This document shows positions 50,301-63,800 of a stretch of DNA of 64,000 nucleotides, one piece after another. Made by a program: the position numbers and the translations under genes. The notes beneath the pieces are model-generated. The model made no database searches. It was not told the origin of the DNA and worked only from the letters and a program-made list of their open reading frames with translations. Position 1 is the stretch's first letter; every line of letters begins with the position of its first letter. This stretch comes from Dipteris shenzhenensis (Eukaryota): assembly GCA_047967505.1 (NCBI GenBank), contig CM106538.1; one strand, 5' to 3'.

Positions 50301-53300
50301 TAGTTAGTGAACTAACTGCGGTTAGGGGGAAAAACCTCTTAAAGAGGGAAAAGTGCCCCTAACTAGCTTATTAAATTACATTGGTCACTGCTGAATTATA
50401 TCTATAATTCTAACACCCCCCTGCAGTGCCAATGTCATGTACAAGGCTGATCAATCACCAAACGGATATAAGTTTAGGGCACTGCGAAATGCCTCAAACT
50501 TTTCACGTGGTAGTGCTTTGGTGACAATATCTGCAACGTTGTCATGTGTGGACACAAAGATCATACTGATCTCTCCTGCATGCAACTTCTCTCTGACGTA
50601 GTGATAGTGAACCTCAATGTGCTTCGTGCGAGCATGAAACATTGGATTCTTTGCCACTGCAATGGCACTCTGACTATCAGTGAGAATTGGAGAAGGACCC
50701 TCCAATCATAGATGAAGATCAGCAAATAGGCATCGCAGCCAGACACATTCAACTGTTGCTGTGAAAGTTGCCCTGTACTCAGCTTCACATGATGAGGTAG
50801 CCACTGTAGATTGTTTCTTGCTCAGCCAGGAAATGCAAGATTTACCCAAAAAGAAACAATTGCCACTAGTGGACTGCCTAGTGTCATAATCACCAGCCCA
50901 ATCTGAATCACTGTAGGCATGCATCTGCAAGTCACCCCCCCTGGGAAATAACAAGCCAAAAGACTTCGTGCCCTGCAAATAACGGAAGATGCGCTTAACT
51001 GCTTGCCAATGCATAGTTTTTGGGCTGTGCATATACCTGCTCACTTGAGATACTGCAAATTGAATATCAGGTCTAGTGTTGCAGAGATATATGAGGCATC
51101 CAACAGCCTGACTGTAAGATGTGGCATCAACTGATTCTCCTACATCATGCATTGTGAGTTTCAGCCCCGGCTCCATGGGAGTGGCTATAGGCTTACAATC
51201 ATGCATGTTAAATCTGTCCAAGAGTTTCTGCACATACTTGGACTGAGACATAATAGTGCCACGTCTCTCTTGAGAGAACTGGATCCCCAAATAAAAGTGA
51301 AGCAGCCCCAAATCTGACATGTCAAAGGTGGTCTGCAAATCAGCTTTGAAATCTGCAATATTATCTTCATTGGACCCTGTGAGCAGTAAGTCATCGACAT
51401 AAAGAAGGATGACTAAAATTCCCCCCCCATCCATCTTGATGTAGAGAGTGCTCTCAGTAGGACTATTGTGCAGCCCCTTGCTGGTCAAAAAGGCATGAAT
51501 CTTGGCATACCATGCACGAGGGGCCTGTTTCAGCCGATACAAAGCTTTGCTTAGCTTGCATACCTGAAGTGCATTTGCTGTAATTTCAAAGCCTGGAGGT
51601 TGTTTGACATAAACCTCTTCCAGCAAGTCTCCATTTAAGAATGCTGTTTTTACGTCCAACTGATGAACATTCCACTCAAAATGTGCAGCCATTGCAATAA
51701 CAGATCGGATGGTGGTCATTCGGGATGTAGGAGCAAATGTCTCCCCATAATCTATGCCCTTTTTCTGAGCATAGCCTTTAGCAACCAGCCTTGCCTTGTA
51801 TCTGTCAATGGAGCCATCTGGCTTCCGTTACCTTGAAAACCCATCGTGTACCAATGGCATGTTTACCTGGTGGCAAGTTTACGACATCCCAAGTCTGATT
51901 TTTCTTAATGGACTGCAACTCATCGTGCATGGCATTCATCCAATGCACATTGTCCTTTGCTTCTTCGAATGTTGCAGGCTCCTCCTCATCGAGAAGAGTA
52001 CCTGCATAATTTGATTCCACTGAATTAGCACCTTCCATGTGCCTTGCTGCACTGCGAGTCCTGCCAGGTAATGGAGCATCAATCTTACTCTCTCTGAGAG
52101 TCTGTAACAGCCAGTTTGGGACTGTTTTTGCTGCATGTATGTCTGCAATTTCTTGCTGAACCACTTGTTCCACTGCCTGTGGAGGTGGCAAGACACCTTG
52201 TGGCTGAACTGGAGCATCGGGAGGTGGCTGTAAATTCTAATTTGCATTAGAATATCAGCAGGGGAACCCAAAGCAATGGGTAGTAACCCCTCAAAAACAT
52301 CCTTTGAAGAAGAAGGCATATGAAATTCAGCCTGAGTGTGAGCTGAATTTTCTGCAAATATCACATCTCTACTGACAATGATCTTGCGTGTAGCAGGATT
52401 GTAGAGACGGTACCCCTTGCTTTCTGCACTGTACCCAACAAATATGCACTTAATTGCCTTATCTGAAAACTTATGCCGAAATTCAACTGGCACATGAGTA
52501 TATGCAAGGCATCTAAAGACTCGGAAATGATCCACTGAAGGCTTTCTCCCATTCTAGACCTCATAGGGTGTTTTTGTTTTCAAAGCCTTAGTGGGAGCCC
52601 GATTTAAGATGTAGTTGGCACACATCAGACCTTCAAGCCAGAATTTGTGAGGCATGTGTTTGCTTTTCAGCATACATCTGTCCATCTCCATAAGAGGTCT
52701 ATTTTTTCTCTCAGCTTTGCCATTTTGCTGAGGGGTCAGCCTCAGTGTGAGCTGATGCACAATACCCTTGCCTTTCAGAAAAGCATCAAAATCTGCAGAC
52801 AAGTATTCCCCACCTCTATCTGTGCGCAACGTCTGTATCTTGAGTCCGGTTTCATTTTCAACCATGGCTGAAAAGTGTTTAAACACCATGAACACTTCTG
52901 ATTTGTGCTTCAGCCCAAAGACTCAAGTGAAATTGGAGTAATCATCAATAAAAGTACCAAAGTAGAGATGACCACCCAATGATGGAGTCCTCATGGGACC
53001 ACAGACATCACTGTGTATAAGCTGTAATTTGCGGACAGCTTTAATTGAACCATCCTTTTTGAAGGGGAATCTATGCATCTTGCCTAAAATGCACCCTTCA
53101 CAGGCATGTGGAGGAGGTATCTCAAGAGGTGGCAATGCATCAACCATAGAGTGCTTCTGAAGCGTCATCACGTTGTTGTAATGCATGTGGCCATATCGGG
53201 CATGCCATAATTCTGCATTCTGCATGGCAGCAGTAGGAGTAGAAACTGCAAGAGCATGGGCTGCTCTTTTCTCAAAAAGATCAAGCTGAAAAAGCCCACG

Positions 53301-55757
53301 CAGCAGAGTACCAGATAATCTCAAGGCATAATCATTTTCCCTGTCTCGGACATCACATTTGTCATCCTCAAAGATGACCTGAAATCCAGCCCTGTTAAGA
53401 GTGGACACCAAAAGAAGATTCTTGGTGATACCAGGCACATATAAGACATCTGAAAGTCTGAAAACTGAGCCATCAATGGGAGTAAGCTCAACTTCTCCTG
53501 TGCCACGTACTGAATATGACGAGTTATTGGCACAAGTGACTTTCTTACCAACGGGAGGTGGATGCAAGGAAGTAAAGAGACACTTCCTAAAAGTGATATG
53601 CTTGGATGCACCGCTGTCAAAATACCAAGTATTCAGTGTTTCATTGACACTGAAAGCAGATGCATCCGTAGAAGAGTCATAACTGCAAGTCAAAAATGCA
53701 TATGTATCATCATTACAAGTGGCTGTACTATCCCGAGCATCTGGAGCAGCCAGCCTAGAAATCTGAAATGCAAGATAAAAAGGCATAATCCTGTCCAACA
53801 AAGTTGGCTGCAGCATCCCCACTGTCAGATGCATGAGGAGCTGAATCTGAAACAACCATACTGGAGCTGTTTTTCTTCTCTTTTGCAAGCCTTTTCCTGC
53901 ATTCTTCAATGTGATGACCTGGCTTTTTGCAGTAATGACAAAAACCCTTCTTCTTGGGCTTATTTGCATCATTTTTAGCCTTTTGTGAAGGCTGTCCTTA
54001 CCCACTGGAAGGCTGATTTACTGATGTCTTTGCCTGTCCCTTTCTTTTTGACTTGAACTTTGAGAGCATAGCTTGTTCACCTGCACGTGAAGCCAAGTTT
54101 TTCCTGGTCTGCTCTTCCTGAAGCAGAAGTCCTATCAACTTATGAAAAGTGAGAGGATTTGCACCCCCCCTCAATGATAAGCTCAGCGAGGTATGAAAGC
54201 TGAGATAAGACTCAGGAAGAGAATTCAGAGTGGTGTTAATCATCTCTGAATCAGGAATTATCTCATCTATGTTCAATAATTGCTCTCTGAGATCTTGTAG
54301 CTTTGTGAGGTGGACTGGCATGGAGTCACCCTCTTCCATATGTGTATTACTTGCCTTCGAGGTCTTACACGACCGGATATGCGGAATGATAAATCTTTTC
54401 ACTGAAAGAGAGATGCATGACAAAGCTAAGGCATCTCGTGAATCCCATCTCTTCTGCTCTGGAGTAGTGGCTTTAGTTGCACCAACAACTTGTTCTGCAG
54501 CTGCACCCTGTGCATGACCTCTTCCACCTCCTTGTTGAGGAGGGGTATTAGGTGCCATACCTGCTGGTCGGATCTCACCCCCATTCACATAATCCCATAA
54601 ATTGCGAGAAATCAGAATATTGCGTACCATAAAACTCCAGAGGGAGTAGTTGGTACCATCCAACTTGTCTTCCTATGAAAGACCACCGAACTGGAAATCA
54701 TTCTGATTTTGCTGGGCCATATCTGAGAAAGAGATTAGTAGATACAAGACTGAATTCCCTTACTGGGAATGAAATGCACAACTCCCAAAAAACACAGCCA
54801 AGCACTGGCTGTAAATGCAACTCAGATTTTTGCACTTGCACTGTCATAATTCTGTCCAAGCATAAAAAAACTCTCCAGAATCTGCCAAAAGTGCTGCAAA
54901 ACACTTCAAGAAAGGCAGTATGAACTGAAATGTCCAAAGTTGCTCTCCCAACACAAAAGCCCCAAAATAGGCTTGAAATTGCAACCAGAAAGGGGCAAAT
55001 TGATCAAAAGCCCCAAATGTTACAAGAATTGCGCTCTGTCTGCAAAAGCCCCAAATTTCACTGCGAAATTGCAGTGTAATTACAAAATCCCTAAATTTCT
55101 TCAAGAAATTGTACTGCAGAATTGAAAGCCCCAAATTTCGAGCTTGAAATTATCTGCAAAGTCCCAAATTTTGTCTGCAAGATTGCAAGTAGAACCAAAA
55201 AGCCCCAAATTTCTGGAGCAGATTCTGCAAATTGATTGCAATGTCTGCAACAAACAGGATGCGCCAAATGTACTCCCAAAAACTGACCCAAATAATGGCT
55301 GTCTGCAAAATGTGCCTGCTTAAGATCACCTGCAAGGTACAGCTTGTGCGCAGGTACAAAGTGTACGGCCAGGTACGATCAATGTATGGATTGCAGGTAT
55401 GATTGGTACGTACGGCGATGATGCAGGTAAGGTTGCAGGTGTGAGCAGGTACAGCACGTACGGCAGGTACGCGTTGGCACAGCAGGTACAGTATGGTCAA
55501 ACAGCTCTGTAGATCAGGTACGTACGGCGTTGTACGGGGACAATTTGTACAGTCGTACGATCGCGAAGTACGACGAGACTATAAGTACGGCTCTGATGCA
55601 AAACGGTACGGCGACGTACGGATGATGATGCAGAAGGTACCACTGATACGGACTGCATAGGTACGGTGGGTACGGCAGAGTACGGGCATGTACGGACGAG
55701 TGGCACAAGTGCAGTACGAAACTGTACGTATTGATTAGGCTACAGGTGCAACCTTGT
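50301..55757 (-). mobile_element. Ty1/Copia retrotransposon D (full integrase, frameshifted; 5' LTR and PBS lost), in ACK intron 2
   Basis: gag DGTNYSLW; protease WYFDSGAS; complete integrase HSDVCG, TDRGGE, QNGKAER, CIFVGYS; RT YVDDLL; RNase H; PPT 50416-50421; LTR edge at 50415 (left boundary approximate). Confidence 0.9.
55330..55740. repeat. GTACG-rich array in Copia D leader
   Basis: Dense GTAC/GTACG motifs, equivalent to the array in Copia C. Confidence 0.9.
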
Positions 55758-56230
55758 TTCAGGACGTTCAACCCATTGTGTTTATTAGTTAGAAGCTAAC
55801 TCCAGCTTAGGTTTTATATCCTACACATGAAAAGGAGCTCTTTGTTGTAGTTCGTGCATTGAAGAAGTGTAGGCATTATTTATATGGCTCCGAGTTTGTG
55901 GTGTATGTGGACAATATATTACTGAAGTACTTCTGTATAAGAGTATGTACTAAAGAAAATCTTTACCTTCTCAAGTCCTTGACTAGTCACTTCCATGTAG
56001 AATCTAGATGCAACTGTGGCTACTGAAATTTATAGGCTCCTTGCATTTGCAGTTTGGCAATTCGATGTGCCTTGCCTCTGAAATTTTTTTCGCACACATA
56101 CTGCTTCGGATTTGCGTGGTCGTAAAGGTAGGTGGTCCGAGCTCATGCAGGATTTCTAAGGGCTGCCACTAATGTGGTGGATGATGGGTTAAATTGCATT
56201 GGTTTTGTGAACTTTTTGAGTCTCATTGAG
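55755..56230 (+). mobile_element. Gypsy RNase H fragment
   Basis: LFQDVQPIVF...YPTHEKELFVVVRALKKCRHYLYGSEF...ELMQDF. Confidence 0.75.
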
Positions 56231-56238
56231 ATCTGAAC

Positions 56239-59200
56239 TGTCATGTGCACGGATTGGTATCTGATGTGTACTAGGTACACAGGACTAGCTCAGGTTAGCC
56301 TGGGGAGGCTTAGAGCTAGGCAGGCTTGATTCTCGGGTTGAGTGGCAAGGGTACGAACTATTTATAGGTCTTCGCTATTTTTGGCGCTCGGGGCCTGAGT
56401 CTATAAAAGGGGCCCAGGGGGTTCAGTTCTCAGTGTGCAGTTGGGAGCAAGTTTCGTTCCCAGGTGCTAGGTCTGTTCTTGGATTGAGTCGCGGACGCGC
56501 GCCTGCATCTTAGCGTAGCCCAAGGCCCAGTGGCAGATCCAGGGCTTCACAGCGCCACCTGGTGGTATGGGACACCAGGCTGGTTTGGATCTGATTGGGA
56601 GTTCGTGCCAGTAGCTCAGCTCGTGGCTCGGAGGGGACATCTCCTGATTCGGGATCACATCCCGTAGATGTCATGGTTGGGTGGTGAGCAGCCTGCTCAG
56701 TTCTCACGTGGTGTGTGTGTTTGTTTGCAGATCAGGGGTTTCAGGAGTGCTGGGATGTGTCAGTTGGTATCAGAGCCAGCTCCTGAGGTAGGAATTTCTG
56801 ATGCGAGAATTTATGACGATTTCTTCCTCCAGGTATGCCCTAAAACTTGAAATTTGTTGCTGCAAATTCTGCGTGGTTCCTGGGTTATCAGGGGTGGACA
56901 GTTGGTAGGGAAAAGGCAGAAGAAAGGAGGGAGAGTTTCGAAATTCCTGAAGGGGGCTGAGAGAGAAGGATGTAGGAAGCACGAGAGAGAGCAGAGAAGA
57001 AGGAAAGAGAGGCGAAGGACCTGACAAGGGCTGCGGGGGAGGCGGAGTTTTGGACGCCAGGGCTGTACGGAAACTCGGCCAGGGCAGGGAGAGGCGAGAT
57101 GTGCAGGAACAGGGTGCGGCCAGCCTGCGTTGAGGGTTGCTTTTTTCGAAAAAAGCACCCCCTCCAAAGCTGGGAGGGTCGGCCTTCTTTGGAAGCAGGG
57201 CTTCCTAATTAGGCTGCCCTGCTCCCTATATAGATGGGGCAGGGTACCAGCCCAGCCATAGCTTGCAAACCGCCTAGCTGCACCATCGAGTTGTGTGCCA
57301 GCCCTGCGCCAGCCATCCGTACAGTGCCTGCGTCAGCCTGCCGTGCACCTGCGCCAGCCCTGCGTTAGCCTGCCGTACACCTGCGCCAGCCCTGCGTCAG
57401 CCTGTCGTGCACCTGCGCCAGCCTCCGTCAGCTACTGTACGGCCTGCGTCAGCAGCCGTACAGCCACGTCAGCAGTCCGTACGCTGCAGGATTCCGTACG
57501 TTGCATCTAGTAGCGGGTTCAGCCAGATCCCGGGATCCGTGTGCTTCCGGTTCGCCAGTTTCCAGCATCTCCTTCCGTCAGCATCTCTTGGGACGGTTTT
57601 CCTTTGCTCCATTCTCCTTTTCGCTTCGGTTCAGTCAGTTATTTCTCTCAGTTTATATTCAAATCAGATTTCAGTTATGTCTGATTCTGCAAATCCCGAG
57701 TTCACCATGGGAGAGCAGGATTTGGATTACACTCTTGTGGGAGAGGAGGATCAGGGTCTTTATGATGACCTGATTACGAAAAAGGCCTTCAGTGAATTTA
57801 CCACTGCTCTGGATGGAAAATTCGAGCAGGTTAATGCAAATCAAACGGGGTTGACACAGCAACTCCAGGGGATTCAGGCGACTCTCACTCTTCTGGCTAG
57901 CACTGTACAGGCACTCACGCATGTGGATGCCATGGCCTCAGTGCTAGGCCCGAATGTAACTCCAGATTCTTTTCCAGGAGATCTAAAGTCTAGAACGAAG
58001 GAGGTAGTTGACACTTAGTTACACAAGTGGCAGGTACACTTTCAGTTCCACCCATACCCAGATGAGAAGAAGATCCAGCTTGCAGCGGGTTTCATGTTAG
58101 GTAAAGCATTGCTATGGTGGAAGGAACTCCAGCCTAAGCCCGATACATGGACAGATTTCGAAGGGGTCTTCAGGAAGGAGTTCCTGAAGAAGGAGGATGA
58201 TTATGATATCGTTGGCAAGCTTAAAGCCCTCGATATGTCAAAGTTAAACTTGTCTTTTGAAGTTTATCTTCAAAAATTTCGGGATCTGCAAACCAGGGCC
58301 ACTAAGATGGATCCAGTGACCTTGTTAGGTTTCTTCGTGGATGGTTTGCCAGATTCATACAAGTTGCAGATAAAGAACAACAAATGCACAACGTTGCAGG
58401 AGGCCATGAATTATGCGCGCATTTATGATGATACCATGGCCGGTGCTAAAGCAACTACAGTTTCCGACACGAGTGGAAAGAACAAACGCAAGTTCTTTCA
58501 GCCTACGACTGGTACTGGGGAGACGAAGTCTACGGACAACGCCTCCAACAAACACTTAACTTAGGCTAAGAATGGTAAAGCCCGTTTCCTTCGTACTTTG
58601 AGGCTCATGAAAGAAGGACGTTGCTTCTATTGCGAGGAGCGGGGCCACACCAAGAATGAGTGTCCAAAGCGCAAGAACCAAAAGTTAGTGCTTGGACCGA
58701 AGCTCCAGGCGGGTCCACGTACCACAGCCAAGGGAGCGAACTAAGTCTCGATGACAGGTATTTCTGTAAATGTCATTACCTGCCCACTTTCTTGTAATTG
58801 TACTTTCAATACTTCGTTGTTTGGTTCCCATGATCTTTTCCGAGTTTATAGAGAAGTTATGGACCAGCAGGTTCACATTCTCTTTGATCCGGGCAGCTCT
58901 CACAACTTTGTTAATTACAAATTTGTGCAGAAGATGGGGCTGTCCACAGTACCTAGCGACCACACCTATGAGGTGCAGCTTCCAGCTGGGAAGCAGTTTT
59001 GGGATCGCAAGGTTGAAGCGCTTCCTATCCGGATTCAAGCCTACACAGGGGCTCTTACATGTTATGTTATGCATCTGGAGCATGTAGACTTGTTGATCGG
59101 AATAGAGTGGTTTAAAACCCACAATATTCAGATTGGATGGACGGAGCATACGCTTTCTTTTGTAGATAAGGACACCCGATTTTGTATTCAGTGTGATAAA

Positions 59201-60816
59201 ATTTCCTCTTCTCAGGGGCCTATTGTATCTGCGATGCAGCTTCGGAATATATTAAACAATTCTCATTATGATGTCTATCAGTGTGTTTTGATTCCGCTTT
59301 CTTCATTTGTTGTTTCTGTAATTAACAAGAATGATTTAAGTGTGTTTGAACACTGTGAATTGAGAATGTTGTTAGATAGTTTTAAAGATGTATTCCCTGC
59401 TCAACTGCCGGAAGGTTTACCTCCAGAACGGGCAGTAGATCATCGCATAGACTTAGTCCCAGGGGCTCAACCTATCAGTGTACCACCTTATAGGATGAGC
59501 CAGGTAGAGGAGGATGAGTTAGCTTTACAGCTTCAGGATTACATGAATATGGGCTATATACGCCCAAGTAAATCACCTTGGGGTGCACCTGTCCTCCTAA
59601 GAAAGAAGAAAGATTCTTCCTGGAGAATGTGTATAGATTATAAACGATTAAATAAAGTGACAATTAAGAATCGATACCCTCTACCTCGTTCCGATGATTT
59701 GATAGAACGTTTGGCCGGAGCGAAGTATTTCACTAAGATTGATTTGCGTACGGGTTATCACCAAATCCGTATCTATGCTAAACACATAAATAGGACCGCA
59801 TTCCGAACTAGGTATGGTCATTACGAGTTTCTCGTATTACCTTTTGGTTTGACCAATGCTCCTGCTACTTTTCAGCAGATGATGAACGATTTGTTCAGGG
59901 ATTTTCTGGGGCAAATTTGTTGTAGTGTTCTTAGATGACATCTTGGTATATAGCAGAACACTTGAGGATCACATAGGACACCTCCGGATTGTCTTAGTTA
60001 TACTTGGGACACAAGATTTCTTCTGAAGGTATTAGCATTGATCTGGATCGTATCCTGAAGGTTTTAGAATGGCCTATCCCTCAGACTGTGAAACAACTTC
60101 GTTCTTTCCTAGGATTTACGGTATTTCTTCGGAAGTCTGTGCGTGATTATTCACATATCACGGCACCCTTGACAAACATATTGAAAGGTCGTGGATGCAG
60201 GTCTACCCAGCCGATCTCTTGGAATGATGCAATGAACAAGGCTTTTGAAACCTTGACGTTTTCTATCAAGGAAGGACCCGTTCTTGCATTACCCGATCCT
60301 ACCCGGCCTTATGTTTTAGAGGCCGATGCGAGTGATTATGCGATTGGGGCAGCTCTATTCCAAGAGGCCAGACCTGTAGCTTTCGAGAGTAAGAAGCTAG
60401 ACGACACTCAATATCGTTGGCCCACACTCGAGAAGGAACTTTATGCTGTAGTGTATGCTCTTAAGGTTTGGAGACACTACTTGTATGGTTCAAAGTTCCT
60501 TGTATTGACTGATCATCAGTCAATTAAGTATGTGTGTGATGGATCAGAATTGAGGGGACGGAAAGCTAGATGGGCAGAATTAATGCAAGATTTTGATTTT
60601 GAAATACGTTATCGTAAGGGTTCTTTGAATAGTGTGGCGGATGTCTTAAGCCGAGTTAAGTTTGTAAATGCTTTGTCATTTACGGAAATATCCTCAGACC
60701 TATTTCAATCCTTGAGAGGGCTATACGCAACTGATAGTCATTTTAGTTCTTTTTGGCAGAGAGTCCAGGATGGGAGCTCCATGGTTGACCAGGACTCAGG
60801 GATTGTGCCACCTAGG
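56239..60816 (+). mobile_element. Ty3/Gypsy retrotransposon (5' LTR, gag, protease, RT, RNase H), interrupted by a hAT element
   Basis: LTR 56239-56762 (TG...CA); PBS 56765-56776; gag ALLWW/TWTDF and CFYCEERGH; protease [35 protein letters not shown]; RNase H DASDYAIG. Confidence 0.93.
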
Positions 60817-63800
60817 CATAGTTACCAGCCGAAACGGAAACGGAAGAAACGGAGTTTCCGGGTCCCGCCGAAACGGAAACGGAAGAAACGGCAATATGAT
60901 ACAATTTATGTATAAAAATTTATTTTTTATACATAATATAATTATCAATAGAGTGCAAAGCATACATAATACAAATTACAATGATCTATACTTGAAGGCT
61001 GAAGCTTCAGGCTTCAGCCTTCAAGCATCAATGCATCATTCATGATTCATGCCTCTATGATTCTAAATTCTTGAATGATGCTTCAATAATCTGAAATCAA
61101 CATGTATCATGAGTCATGACTAACAAGTTTGGCATTACAAGAATCTGAACTTTAGAAGTTTGAAATACTTAAAAGTTTAAACTTAGCACACAAGTTGAAA
61201 CTTGAAACTTGAAACTTGAAAGTATTCAATGTCCAGACTCCATAGATGATCATGATTCATGGTCCACAAATTTCATGATCATGATTCATGACTCATGACT
61301 CATGAGTCATGCAAGACTCAAAATAAAAGCACTCATGGATGATATAAAAAAAAGCAGTAGGACTACTGATCATCTGCATCATCCATGGACTCCTCGTCAT
61401 CGTCATCCTCTGCGTCCTCAGATAAGTTCGAGGCATCTGTGTCACTGTCTGAAGAAGAATCATCAACATCAGGATCAGGACCATCGGGTGCAACTGAAGT
61501 ACTAGCACCATCTCCAGATGGTTGACTGTATGATCGTGTGTGGTGTGCTGGTGCTGACAGCTCCTCATACAACATGGTGTACATGTCCAGCTCCTCCCGT
61601 GGGATATCTGGTATGACCTCCATCTTCTCCACGTCCACCTTGTCTACATTCACTTGGCGAGGTTCGGGGCAGCCGGCGGTGAACTCAAGGAGACGGAGGT
61701 TGCAATGACAAAACACCAACCGCTCCAATTGAGCCGTGCTCAATCTGTTCCTCTTCTTTGTGTGAAAGAGGGCCCAAGTGCTCCAGGTCCTCTCACAAGG
61801 ACCGGAACTGCAGTCCTGTGAGAGAACACGTATAGCAAGGCGTTTCTGCCATAAGCCAATTAAGCCGAGATAAGTATCAGGAACTTGATAACTTTAAACA
61901 TATTTGTAGTAGATAAAACTTCAAATTACTTAACGACTAAGCTCCAACTAGTGGCGTTGGAACTTGTCTCTTAGACTCTTACCAAAGTAGGAGTACAGTT
62001 GCCATATTTCTCCCACCAGGAGACAGGTTGCAACTGTGTCTCTCGGAGCCTAGCTGTAGGTCGACCAAAGGAGAGGCTGTGATTGCGGAACAATAGAAGT
62101 TCATCCTCCAGTCTTCGTTGCATCTCCAAGTCACCACCCGTCCAATTTTGTAGATACTGTTGCATCCCCTCCTCCAACTTGTCATTCTCATATTGCTCTT
62201 GACTGCGCCAGAGCGGATGCAATACATGTGCCACCGCATGGATTGGGCGGTGGAACCAATTCGACCGCTTATTCCATATAGCACGGATGGACTCAACCCT
62301 AAATCATGCCACAAGAAATTAGAATGCATTATGCATGCAAAATTCATAGACTATAGATAATAGTACATACATAATATATATCTGAAAATTCCAGGCTTCA
62401 TGATAACAAATTGCCATTTAGTAACTGCAATAATGATACATATTACAAAAGTAAAAAGTCTTACTTATCAGGCGATAGGGAAGTGTTTCTGTTGAGGGCC
62501 TCTCCAATCTTGTCCATAAACTCGTACAAGAGCCCTAATGTGCTTCCCTCCATGTCTGTGATGCGAAGCACCGTGTAGATAGGATTAATCGATTTGATTA
62601 ATGCCTCCGCCTGATTCCACCTAGACTCATCCATGATCATGCGAAAAAATTTGATAGACTTTGCTTGGCCTCTATCATCCCAATCTCCCCACTCCCGAGA
62701 CACAACCGTGTGCAACAAGCCCTGGCGCACTCGCACAAGCCTCTCCACCACTATGAACATATAAGCAAACCTTGTGGTTGGAGGTTTCAATAGCTCAAGG
62801 TCACTGTAAGCCCGATAGATGCTAAGGACTTTGGGTCTCTTCGTGACAAACTTCACGATACTGCGGGCTGTGGAGAAGATGGCATCAATCCAAGGTATCT
62901 TCCCTAGGTCCTCGATCAAAAGATCAAGGCAATGTGAGGCACAGGGTGTCCACACAATCTTAGGGAACTCATCTTCTAACATGGCACCCATTGACACACA
63001 ATTGCTGCCATTATCTGTCACCACCTGCACCACATACTCAACACCTATCTCCATAATGGCTGCTCGTAAATGCTCCCAAATATACAGCCCTGTAATCACT
63101 GTACCTGCAGTGGAAGCGTCTATGGCTCTCAAGAACATGGTTCCCTTGCAAGAAGACACTAAAATATTGTACACATTCCTCTTGCGTGCATCTGACCATC
63201 CATTGCATAAGAGTGTGCATCCATATTTTTTCCAAGTCTCTTTCAAGGGCTTCATTTGGTCTTCCACACATTCCCTCTCTCTTCTTAGCTCTCTTGTCCG
63301 CAAGGCCTGATATGTAGGCCCTTCCCATTCATACCCAATGCGGCTTACGGCTCTCATGGCCTTCCTCCATCGTGTAGTCTTCGCCACATGAAAGGGTATT
63401 GCACATTGTATGAAGAGCTTTGTGAGCTCACTAGTGGCCTCCTTCACTGCTTGCTTTTGCAAGCGTGCTTGAATGCTAGACCTTTGCAGTGATCCTCTTT
63501 TCCCCGCACTAGCATCCACACTAATTGATCCATGTGGCAAGGGTGTTCTTGTGGCACTAGGACCCGCGCTCGATGTAGTTGATGCCCCTCTACTTCTCTT
63601 TGCAGAACCCAATGTGCTGGCATCATCCAATGGCTCAGTGTCAGCAGCCTCTTCTTCATCTTGCAGCCCTTGTCCTCCACTTTTTGCAGCCAAGGCTGCC
63701 ATACGCGCACGCTTCCATTTTGTTAGGCCACCTTTCACTGCAGTAGGCACGAACTCACAAGGTCCTACATCCTTGCAGGGAACACCTGCTAGATGGTCTT

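Noticed and set aside
57293-57677. Cys/Pro/Ala-rich N-terminus of the 241-aa ORF
   Set aside because: Translation of leader repeats; Gypsy gag more plausibly starts at MSDSANPEF (57678).
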